Below, piece after piece: positions 35,904 to 46,656 of a stretch of 46,656 bases of DNA. This stretch comes from Chara braunii (lineage: Eukaryota > Plantae > Charophyceae). The DNA is taken from the NCBI GenBank assembly GCA_003427395.1, contig BFEA01000006.1:7805854-7852509 (forward strand). The letters run 5' to 3'. Each line of letters starts with the position of its first letter. Within the stretch, counting starts at the first letter, position 1. Position numbers and translations under genes: made by a program. Under the pieces are notes generated by a model. That model made no database searches. It saw only the letters and a list, made by a program, of their open reading frames with translations, and was not told where the DNA came from.

Positions 35904-36991
35904 TGTGTGTCTTGTGGCGCAGACTGCCGACCTTTCCCCTTCTCGGTCTTGAGTCTTGACCACGGTCCCCAAGCTGGTGCTTGCGCGTGGTGTGGCCCTG
36001 CAACAGGCCACTGTGGCATTTCTGCTTATCTGTCAGACTGTCACCCCCACGGAATAGAAAGGGGCCACTTGGGCGGGAAGTCTGTGACCAGCAGTGCCAG
36101 CACTACCTTTCACAGGCAAAAGCACAAAGTTGCAAGTTGAGCCTCATCCGAAAAATCGGGGGCGTGGGGCAGCTTGGCGTCCGATGCATGAAAACAAAGA
36201 AAATGAATGTAAAAAGAAAGAAAGAAGGAAAGAACTGCCTCCCAATCAAAGATGTAGGGGTACTTCACAGAATGTTATCTTACCAATATTAGGGTCTCCT
36301 TTGACACTCCTAAAAGTGCCAGTTTTTAGGATTGCATCTTCTTTGCACACAGTCCTAAAACGAAATCGGAGATCGAAATTGTGAAAACGGCGTTAGGACG
36401 AGTCCTAAAAGATTTAGGATTCCCCAGGCAAAATCGTCCTTAATTTTTCAGTAGCCCCCGACCTACTGAAAAATTTGGGATTCCCGCGTTTCACGCACTC
36501 GTCGCGTCGCGTGCATGGCACCGTCCACATGGGGTTGCTGGTCCAGGAGCGGTCCGTCGGGTCCTTGGTCGGACATCGGAGGTTTTGCGCGGGTCGACGG
36601 CGGCAACGGCCGGGAACGGTAGCCGTTGGCCGACGGGGTGGAGCGCGGAGGGCCGAGCGTGGGCCGGTGGGCGCCTGTAGTGGACCGTTGGGTCGCTTGC
36701 GAGATGCGGAGTGGGACGTCGACGTGCGCAGGACGACAGACGGAGTCGCTTCGGGCAGTGCGGGCGGCAACGGTCGATTTTCAAAAGGAAGGCAAGCATG
36801 TTTGTCGTCTTCTGTGCTGGTTGTCGGCATATGAAGGTCGAGCGCCCCTGTCCCAGGCATGTCGGAACACACATCTGCAGTGGTCACGTGCGAGTGCGGC
36901 TGCAGAGGTGAAATTTCATGGCTAACGTGCAGAGGAGATTGCCTCGCTGATACTCGCTGTCGTCGTCTTCCTGATTATCATCTTCCTCCAC

Positions 36992-38865
36992 GTGTGTTTG
37001 TCGTGGCGGCCGTGGAAACAACAACGCAAGAGGAGGGCTTCGACAAGACGGGCGGCAGGGGAACGTCTAATGGCGGGCATGCAGGCACGAGCAGCAACTG
37101 CTGCAGGTCAGGGAGGAGTTCGAACTTCGGCGGCGGAGCCTCCAAGGCGGTACGACCCATCCATGTACACCCATCTAGAGTCGTGGGAGACGCCATTGCC
37201 CCCGTCGGACGAGGAGCCGGAGAAGGAAGAACTTTCAATGTTGCCTCTCGCCAGCGGCTCGACTGAGTTGTGGTCGCAGACGGTGCGAGCAGGCGGGTCG
37301 GCTGCCGACGAAGGGGGCGAGTTCACGTCACTAATGCATCAAGGCCTGCGGGACGACGACGGCGGATGAGTTGATCTGAGGTTCGGGTTGTGTTCTGGCG
37401 GAGGCAGGGAGGCGAGCCGTATGTTCATCATCAACGGAGATCGTTCGGCACGTGGCCTTGAACATGGTGGAAGTCTGCATACGGAGCAGTCCACACTTCG
37501 TCGCGCTGCACCCGTGACTGGCGCGGTCACGCCATCGCTAGCAGGACGACAGCATGGATCGACTGCTCCGTCCGTCGAGCGATTGACACCGACCTGGCCC
37601 ACACGCACTGGGGTCGCATCAGGGCCCCTGCGCATGGGCGGTGCACGTTCGCCGATGCCTGCGTGCACAACACCGATCGAATCCGAATTGAGGGACGAGA
37701 GAACGTGCAGAGCGCCGGTACGTTCACGACCCACTGTGGAGAACATAACCCGTGGAGTGTCCAACATGCGGGCGCACAGCGATGGCGGCGAAGACGACGG
37801 TGGATTCGGTGACGATGCAGACGAAGGGATGAGGGAGGACGTGGAGGCGGGGGACGACGACGACAACGTTCCTATTCGGCCTTTGGGGAAGATGGGTGGG
37901 AGGGGGAAAGGACGCGGCAGAGGTGGTGTCCGTGGTCGATCCGTTGCTTGTGGAAGCAGAGGTGGCGTGAGCGACGACGCCGGGAAGTCTTCGACGTACT
38001 GGTCTGCAGAAGACCAAATGCTCCTGGTGCGATGCAAGCGGGAGCAAGATATGCACCTCGCCGGCTTGTCTCACAATTACGGGCAGATGAAGACGAAAGA
38101 GTGGAAGTGGGACGACATGTCGAAGCGGATGGCGAATGCGGGGAGGCCGCAGGACGTTGACGACTGCATGAAGAAGTGGGACAATCTGTTCCAGAACTAC
38201 AAGAAAGTTCAGAGGTTTCAGAATGCCAGCGGCCAAGCAGATTTTTTCAGGCTGACGAACGAAGAGAGGAAGGAGCACAACTTCAAGTTCCGGATGGACA
38301 GGGCGCTGTACAGCGAGATCCACGCAGGCATGGTGGGGAACCACATGATTTTCCCTCCCAACGTTGCCGACACCGGCAGTCCGGAGGGGGTGCAGCTGCA
38401 CAGGCGAGGAGCGGGTGGCCGGGAGTCTGTTTGTAGTGAGGCGGCAGGTGAAGGCTGCCCTGGAGAACGTTCATCTGCAAGGGAGTCCGACAACAACGCA
38501 GTCAGCGGGGCGGGAGGCGGGAGGCGGGAGGCGGGAAGTGGAAGAACGCGCGTCAGCAGGCATTGGATTCCATGGCTGATGTCATGGACCGCCATGGCGC
38601 ACTGATGTCGTCGACGATCGAATCGTCTAGCAAGCGGCAATGCAGCATCTTCACGAGGCAATGCGACATATTGGAGCTGGAAGTTGCCGTCCAAAAAGCG
38701 CACTATGCGGCGTCCGATGAGACGCAGAGGATGATGTGCCACACGCTGTTGGAGATCGCTGCCGCCATCCGTGGTCGGTCGTCCATGGAGGCCGTTAGGT
38801 GCTGTGTTGATCAAAGTTGGTTCTTTGCCGTCGTAATTGAGTGGGTTTTTTTTTTTTGGTTGTGA
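36992..38865 (+). pseudogene. Harbinger Myb/SANT (trihelix-like) DNA-binding protein with C-terminal helical region
   Basis: WSAEDQMLLV...KWDDMSKRM...CMKKWDNLFQNYKK. One in-frame stop at 37367-37369 and a frameshift near 38530. Start and end are approximate. Confidence 0.87.
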
Positions 38866-39022
38866 ATTTCATGATGTTGCCATTGCCGGTATTCATGGAC
38901 GGCTGCCGCGGAAGCGATGCCATGTAGTCGACGGAGAATTGGGGGCGGCGAGCGGGTGAGGTTCCGTGGGGAGTTGGCGGGAAAGGGTGGTCGGAACCTG
39001 CAGGGATGACGAGAGGGGGGAG

Positions 39023-39109
<87 letters not shown>

Positions 39110-39659
39110 GTTTGTTTTTTTGGGGGTAGTCAGCGTTTTCGACGACCACGCATCGTCTACGTTTTGGTTGGTCAACAAACACACAGCCACTGCTGAAAGG
39201 GGGTGTGTTGTATGGGGATTGTGGACAGCGTGGTCTGCAGTGGAACCGGGTTGTGGGGGGGGGGGAATGTTGTGGGGGGGCCAGGGGAAGGGCATAGAGA
39301 AAGGGGGTATGGGGGTTGTGGAGAGGTCATTGGCTGCGAGGGGTACGCGCGATGGGGTGTCCACAGGTGAAGGCGGGCCGCCTTTGTTTTGGTCCTTCGG
39401 GAGTGCATTCACGCGCGTCGAGCGAACGTGGAAGGGCCTTTTCGCGACTTGGGGAGATTCATAACGACACGCCAGGACAGGCATGGCGGTCGCACGTGTC
39501 GCCGTCGTCGTTCCATTTTCCCTCCACACGGATGCGACGTCGTGGACGGCCCATCTGCTACTTTCATCCCAGTGAAGCGCATCCGGAGCCGCATAAATGT
39601 CGTCCGCACGAGGGTGAGTCCATCACCGACGCCCGCCGCGCCAGCTGCACACTTCCCGC

Positions 39660-39944
39660 CTATGTTGCACGCTGGCCGCGGCCGGCCCAGGCCGCGGCCG
39701 GCGGCCTAGGCTGGGACCCCCCCGGCCACGGCCGAACGCGGCCGGATATTTTGAACGACGCCGCGGCCGATCAAGGAGGGGGTTTGGGGGGGGGGGAACA
39801 GGTTTCGAGTCTCGGGGGGTCCCCCTACCTCCTCGCAAAAAAAAAAACATAAAAACTTCAAAAACGGGGGGGTGGATTTCGAAGACTATAAAAAAAAAAT
39901 TAAATAAATAGAATTATTTTTTTTTCATTGATTGACTGTTTTTT

Positions 39945-39988
<44 letters not shown>

Positions 39989-40042
39989 ATTGATTGATTG
40001 ATTGGTTAGTGGGGGAGGGGATCTCCCTCCACTCCACGGGGC

Positions 40043-40105
<63 letters not shown>

Positions 40106-40658
40106 NNNNNNNNNNNNNNNNNNNNNNNNNNNNNNNNNNNNNNNNNNNNNNNNNNNNNNNNNNNNNNNNNNNNNNNNNNNNNNNNNNNNNNNNNNNNNNN
40201 NNNNNNNNNNNNNNNNNNNNNNNNNNNNNNNNNNNNNNNNNNNNNNNNNNNNNNNNNNNNNNNNNNNNNNNNNNNNNNNNNNNNNNNNNNNNNNNNNNNN
40301 NNNNNNNNNNNATTGATTGATTGATTTATTGATTGCTGGGGGAGGGGTCGCCCCCCCTACCCCCGCCCGATCACACACACACACACACACACACACATAC
40401 TTGCACAAGGGTTTCAAAGCGGTTTTTTTTTTTGTTTTTTTTTTCCGTTTTTATTTTTTGTTGCGCAATAGAAAACAACAATGCCCCCCAAAAAAATATG
40501 GGTGTGTAGGTTTTTTTGAGCCCTACACACCCTTTTTTTTTTTTTTCATGGGTTAAAAAAAAAAAAAAAAATCCTGCACCAAAATTGGCAGGTCCGCCGA
40601 GGCCGAACCTGGCCGATTTAGGCCGTCGACCGAGGCCGCAGCCGGGCGTGCAACATAG
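39660..40658. mobile_element. Non-autonomous hAT-like MITE nested in the Harbinger (contains an N gap)
   Basis: Perfect 13-bp TIR CTATGTTGCACGC / GCGTGCAACATAG and perfect 8-bp TSD CTTCCCGC (39652-39659, 40659-40666). Confidence 0.88.
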
Positions 40659-41191
40659 CTTCCCGCCACGCATCTGCAGTAGCACAACGCTTCTCGCCGG
40701 GGATAATTGTGGCCTCCTCCACGCTTCCATGTCCAAAGCCTTCGAGGACCACCGTCGTCACCATTGCAGACATCTCGTGACGTGGACTTCGGCCGTCACA
40801 ACGCAGGCAGCGGGCCGCTCTCACTGTCATCGGTTCCGCTCTTCTCGCAGTCAATCTTCTCGCCGCGGCGCGCTTCCAGGTTCATGGTTGTTCTTCTGTC
40901 GCACTCGTCGCCGTCAGACGTCATTCTTCTCGCCATGGAGCGCTCCCGCCATCGCTGTTCTGATTTGCTCGCCGTCGTGGTTCCCGCCAAGGAGAGGTGT
41001 CGCCGGGGTCGTCATCCTTCCGTGGTGCGCTTGCGCGTCGTCGTCTTGCTGTAGCGGAGGACACATCTTGAGCGTTGTCAGGGTAGTAGTTCTCGCCAAG
41101 CTGGGAAGAGACGGGTGACATCTTTATCGACGAAACTGTACACGTCAGCCGACCGCTCCGCCGAGATCGCCTGTAGAGGTCCCCAGCAAGC

Positions 41192-42943
41192 ATATCTGCG
41201 CGATTGAACGTCCGTGGCAAGAAGCGNGACGTCGCGGTTGACGAAAGCCAAGCCCAGGGAAAAGGTCGGCGGCACGTCCCAAAGGCGAAGAGGCTTCGTT
41301 TGGATGATGCGTCAGCAAGCGTGCCACGTCGTGGGGCGCAAGGTTGGGCGCAGGCCGCGGAAGAGGACAACGCCGACGATTTCACGATGGAGGACGAGCA
41401 AGGCAAGGCGACAGCGTCCGCAGCATGGGAGAGTGTTAGGCAGCGTTCTTCAGATCAGAGCACTTCGAAGAGGATGTTTACCCCTCCGCCGGAGGCGCCG
41501 GAGGCGCCGGAGGCGCAGCAGCTGCGTGGTTGTGAAACGTTGAAAAAGAAGGGTGATGTGGTGGACGTTGGCAGCGATGACGACGAACCTTTGGAAAAAT
41601 GTCGCCTGCGCACTGCAACACAATCGACCGCAGCGGTGGTGTCAACGGCTCGTGCTGCGGCGGACAAAAGGCCGACCCCAGGTACACTGCCCAGCACGCC
41701 GTCTCAGCCACGTCAGCGCAATGACGGTGCGTCTGTCCAACATGGTGGGGGGCGGGGAGTCGTGGCAGACGCGCAAGCAGGAGGGGGCGAGGCGGCAGGT
41801 GGCGTGGGTGTGGGTGTTGTAGATGTTATGGCTCCCGTTCCGGCGGCGAGAGAGGAGGCTGCAGTTCTGGCGATGGTGAGAGAGGAGGGTCATGGACATA
41901 ACAAAAACGAACGGGATGGCGGCGAGGCCGCTTCAAGCCGGGCACGCAGGGGAGTCATGACGAAAAAGCTCATCGACCGTGCCCTGCTTTGGGTGGATGA
42001 CAAAGCTTTCTGGTTGACGAGTGAAGGTCGCAGACTTTACAACATCGTCCACGAAACCAAAGAGTACTTCGTCGCCATTGCCAGCGGCCTTCCGCCACCT
42101 GACCTTCCACGGAGCGTTGTCCTCCCCAAATCCAGCACTAGGGTGGCGAGGATCTCCGACCAATCACAACTCCAGCAAGCGATCTCCCGTGCGGCGGCGG
42201 TGGAGAATATAGCTCTGCGCAGCTTGCACGACTGGGTTTTCAAGTCCGGGAACCGCCCAAGGGGGTAACACCTTGCTTTCCAGTACTCGTTGGAGACCGT
42301 AGCAACGGACATTGCGTGTGCAATGTGGTACGGCGAGGAGTGGTGCAACGTCGTCAGTGCGGCGATCTGCGCCCAGACGATAGATCTGAGTGTGGACCTT
42401 CCATTGTGGTACGCCGACACGAATATCGAGGACAGACCTGAGGACGACGACATGGCGGCGCACCAGGAGTCCATCGTCATCGCCATCGCGCATTCATTCT
42501 GCGCGACGGTGCAAATGGGCGCTCACATCGACGGCGATTTCGTCTCCTACAAGCGTCTATGTCGGGTGGCTGAATGCTTCAGGCTGTTGCTGGCGGCATC
42601 CATGTGCATTATGCGCATGGCGGGAGACGATCCTCGCAGCCATTACGAAGCATTTTACTTCGCGGATCTCGTCGCCAGGCCGACACTAGTCGCCTCCATG
42701 CATCGCTCCTTCGATCATCGACGATCCGTCGTCCGCGCCACGAACGTCGTCACGGAGAGGCTTGGGAAGGTGAAAGCCACGCTCGGAGTGTACCCCGACT
42801 ACATCCCTGATTGGGGACCATGCAGCATCGGATTTGCGCACGACGCGAGCATCAAGGGGCCGGAGGATGCGAAGAGGCTGGATTGGTTGGGTTCGGGCCC
42901 CCCCGATGATGACAACAAAGGCGAAGGAAAAGACGACGCATAA
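41192..42943 (+). pseudogene. Third Harbinger-borne gene, unknown function (~580 codons, one internal stop)
   Basis: ORFs 41204-42268 and 42290-42943 are in frame across one TAA. Low-complexity N-terminus followed by a W/H/Y-rich domain. Start codon probably ATG>ATA at 41192. Confidence 0.72.
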
Positions 42944-44101
42944 GGCGAGCGGGTGTGCGGGGGTAGAGCGGGGAGACTTCGCTTGTAAGAACGAAGGCCG
43001 CAAGGCGCATGTATGCATGGCGAGACATGACGGGCTGTCATGTGATTGGACTGTCGTGCATGGCGCACCTGCTTAGCGTGTTGGTCGCCGGGATTCGCCA
43101 GAATCCTCCTTCATCATTGTGCACAGGTTTACTGTTGCGCCCGTGGGATAAGCACGGGTTGATCGATTTCGATTGTGTAACTGTGGTGTTGGTGGTTAGC
43201 TTGTTGGTCGGAGGGATTCGCCAGAATCTTCGATGGTTGTGTAGCTGTGTAGTGTGTCGCCCATCGCGTCAGCACGGGATGAATGATTTGCACCTTTTTT
43301 TTTACTTTTTTTTTTTTTGCGTTTAGCGCACCTGGTTGTTTTATCAGTGCATGTTACTCCTCGTTGTTTCGGACGATTTAAACCGCATGGCGGTTAATGT
43401 GTGTATTTGTTTTGACGATGCGTGTCATGATTTTGTCGTATGTTGGTGTGAGGAATGTCATCATGTCTTTTGTGGGACACAACTGTCGTGCGTGTCATGT
43501 CGTGTCCTTGTTTGCGTTTCATTTGTTCTTGTTCTTCACATTGGCTTCACGACATGCAAGAGACATGCGTTGATCATGTATTCACGGAATGCATGTCAGG
43601 ATGCTACAGAATCAGGTTGCACATGTCATCCCACCACACCAGCACACGAAACCAGTCATGAAAACTGAAATGAAGATACGCACGAAAAACCAATAAACAT
43701 AAACAATAATTTCTACAGATGGACAGCGAGAAAAGACAAAAACAACCAAGCTTCCCACTGCATGAGACCATTGATTAGAAACGATTTGAAGACAGAAAAA
43801 TATATATAAAAAAACACAAGTCGTAATTACGAGGACACACACTCACAAAAAAAAAGGTTCTTCCAATCTTAAAATTTCGCACAGCTGTGCGAACCAGGTA
43901 GCCGTCAACACCATGAAAACGATAATGTGAACTCGTCGGCGACACCCATGCCGCCATTCCATCAACCCACCAAGCACGCGCACGACGACCATGGACAGGG
44001 ACCATGTCATAACTCCAGCCGCCTACCGATCGAACCACCTCATGTGCACCACCCCATGTGCTACAACCCCCCCCCCCCCCCGCCCTCCCAACCGCACGGT
44101 C

Positions 44102-45429
44102 CTACATCAAAGTTAGGCGGTCTCGCAGTGCATCCCTCAACATTTCCCCTTCCACGTTTGTGCACCGTCCCCGCCCGCGTGCGTCATTCCCCACAATGCC
44201 CAAGTCCACTCTATGCCGAACGCCGTTCGCATCCACCTTCCACAAAAGGTTCTCGTCGAAGTCAATCCCCGCGTCCAGGAGGATATTGTGGAGAGTGCAG
44301 ACAGTCACGAATTGCTGTGGCAAGGTCTCCAGGTTCGTTTTATGGGTGCGCAAGAACAGACGCCACATGCACTTGAGTCGGTTGAATGCCCTCTCCACAC
44401 ACCCCCGTGCCACCTTTTGCCGCGTGTCGAAGCACTTCTCGTCAGCACCTTGCTCGATTCCTCCGTACGGCTGCACGATCCACGGACAGGCAAGTGGATG
44501 ACCGTTGTCGCCCTACAGGTAGCCTCGCGTGACGACACCGTGCGGCAGATTCTCCGGAGTTGCGTCGAACAACTCGCCACTTTTTGCACGCCTCCACAAC
44601 TGGGAATTGTGCAGGACACAAACATCGTGCACACTTCCCGGGTATCCTACGTGGACGTCGAGGATCCGCAGATCCAAATCCACAACCACCTGCGCCTGCA
44701 CGGAGAACTTCTGTTTGCGGTCGTAGTAGTTGTCGGAAGGTGCGCCGGCGGGCTTGTCAATGTAGATGTGTGTACAATCGATAGCGCCGAAGCAGTTTGG
44801 GAAACCCTTGTTACGGAAAGCGCGCAAAATCTGCGCACATCTCCTGCCCACTGGCCACTTTATCGCGTCGGGGTACGCCTGCAACAGTGCCGAAGTGACG
44901 TCGCAGATGGCCTGCAGTCCAGTTGCCTTGGCGATGCCGAAGTCTGACGTGCCGCTCTCATACGTCTCTACGGACGCCCACCTGTATAACGTGAAAGCAA
45001 TCACCTGCTCCACTGGCAATGGCATTCGATAGTGCGTCACCTTCTTCTCCATGTACGCGGCGCACGCGGCTACGATCTGGGTGAACATGGCCGTCGACAT
45101 GCGCAGCTTCTGCCAGGAGTACTCTTTCGTCGCGTCGTCACGAAGCCGGAGGTCCTCCCATGTTCCGCCAGTCCGTCGTCTAATCCACCACCGCGGAGTC
45201 TGCCGCGGGAAAACGCCAGACGACAGTGCGGCACACAACTGGACGACTGCCTCATACGTCGCCACGCAATACGGCGCCTCGGCAACGCTCATTGGCGGAA
45301 CTGCATCAGCATGTCGTGCGAGGAGGACTCCATGTCGCCCATCGTCTTGACGACGACGACAGTCACCGCCATCACCACGGCGTCGATCTCTTCTTCGCGA
45401 AGACCGTTTCGGCAGCCGTGACTGTCCAT
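44102..45429 (-). pseudogene. PIF/Harbinger (HARBI1-like, DDE_Tnp_4) transposase
   Basis: FPNCFGAIDCTHIYI, YYDRKQKFSVQAQVVVD, GYPGSVHD, YL*GDNG, RGCVERAFNRLKCMW, CTLHNIL. One stop and one frameshift. Confidence 0.94.
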
Positions 45430-46656
45430 CTCTGGCAATCTTCGCACGGTTTGCCGCATCACGCCTGCGACAGCCGCCTTAGACACGCCCGCTGCGGAAC
45501 CCTGCCGTCGTAGACAAAGCACGCCGGAGCCGAAAATGCGAGCGCTGCCGTACGCTGGCACAGGAGACGAAGACGCGCCCGCTGCTCCGCGCTTCTAAAG
45601 GACGGTACGCACGCCGGAGGTGAACGTGCGCCTCACACGATGATGCGCCCGCTGCTCACAAGTTGCGTACACTCGGAAGATGGATTTCGCGCACCAAATG
45701 GTAGGGAGGCGCCGTCTTTTCACGTCAAACGTGTCGCCTGGCCGCCCGCCGCCCAGCCACCCTGCGTCCACGAGAATTTGAATTCGAAATTTTGAAGTTC
45801 TGGGGAACCGCGCTTTTCACCGATCCGTCGGCGCCCTCCCAAGGGCCACCGCAGTCTGTACCACGGACACCGGCCAGGAATGGACGGACATCGGCGACGC
45901 GGCTGCGTATACGCGTATGAAAACGGGCCATGGGACGTGTCCTAAAAGATGATTTTTAGGACTGCGTGTAACAACGCCGCACGAAATCCTAAAAAACCTT
46001 AAGGACTCGTCCTAAAAATTTTAGGATTCGTTTAGGAGTGTCTAACGAGACCCTTGTGTTACATATGAGGATTTTTTGGAACTACAACCTGCGTTGAGCA
46101 CAGGTTACTGCAAAATATGTTTGTTGTGGAGGGGACATTTAAAGAAAGAACTGCATAACACTTTAGGTGCAGGTGCAGGCGGGGGGGGGNGGNGGGNGGG
46201 GAAGAAAAAATCATTGGGAATGGCAATGATCTAACTGTACCCTTGCCTAGTGGGATTGCCCTAATTTATAGATAACAGTCTCATGGAATGAAGTACTGAC
46301 TCTACTGAGCCATATGACTTGGCTTCTCCGAGCAATGCATGGAAGGGGCAATGCATGTGTATTAAACCACCAGTACCTGGCCCAGATATCGAGTCCGAGC
46401 CTCGGCCGACCGATACGCCGATCCGTGCCGAGGCTCGGACTACCGGGCGCAGGCATCCCGAACGTTGGAGTAAAACGAACAAAAAAAAACGGAAAAAAAA
46501 AAACGAAAAAAAAAACGAAAAAAAAAAACGAAAAAAAGTATGGCAGTGTATAATCCCAGGCTATAGCACCAGATTCATTCGATTTTGCTCATCCTATGGA
46601 GGGCGCAGTACCAAGAGGCCAGTCGCGACGCGCGCGCGCGCGAGAGAGAGAGAGAG

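Larger units (their letters stand above)
36292..46053. mobile_element. PIF/Harbinger DNA transposon (~9.8 kb), degenerate
   Basis: TIR GGGTCTCCTTTGACACTCCTAAA (36292-36314) versus reverse complement of 46031-46053, GGGTCTCGTTAGACACTCCTAAA (21/23). Flanks TTA and TTG. Myb and DDE transposase genes inside. Confidence 0.92.

Noticed and set aside
46383-46445. GC-rich inverted repeat GTCCGAGCCTCGGC...GCCGAGGCTCGGAC as a terminator or ncRNA
   Set aside because: More likely the subterminal region of another MITE; no partner end lies within the window.

Overview
Eukaryotic, transposon-saturated genomic DNA with microsatellites and assembly gaps. The element families and composition suggest a charophyte alga such as Chara (inference). 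No intact host gene is recognisable; nearly all coding sequence is degenerate TE sequence. (1) An L1/Tx1-type LINE on + (ORF1 with two CCHC knuckles, ORF2 APE-RT-zinc finger, poly(A) at ~22.3 kb) is split at 7178/20684 by (2) a 13.5-kb Ty3/Gypsy LTR retrotransposon on the - strand (7179-20683, 4-bp TSD CTGA, ~2.6-kb LTRs, tRNAiMet PBS). The Gypsy element is the most unusual object here. Its LTR ends are asymmetric: the terminal 11-mer is missing from the 5' LTR and instead sits internally, forming a circle-junction-like palindrome GTCACA-TA-TGTGAC. It has no adjacent PPT, carries a cryptic PHD finger between RNase H and integrase, and has three extra 3' ORFs, two of them linked by ATGA stop/start overlaps. 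(3) A Penelope-like element (26855-32770) has an N-terminal GIY-YIG plus RT ORF, an upstream zinc-knuckle/coiled-coil ORF, ~0.6-kb direct repeats each carrying a minimal hammerhead ribozyme, and a 9-11-bp TSD. (4) A 9.8-kb PIF/Harbinger transposon (36292-46053) has a Myb/trihelix gene, a DDE transposase and a third unknown gene. (5) Two hAT-like MITEs have 8-bp TSDs.
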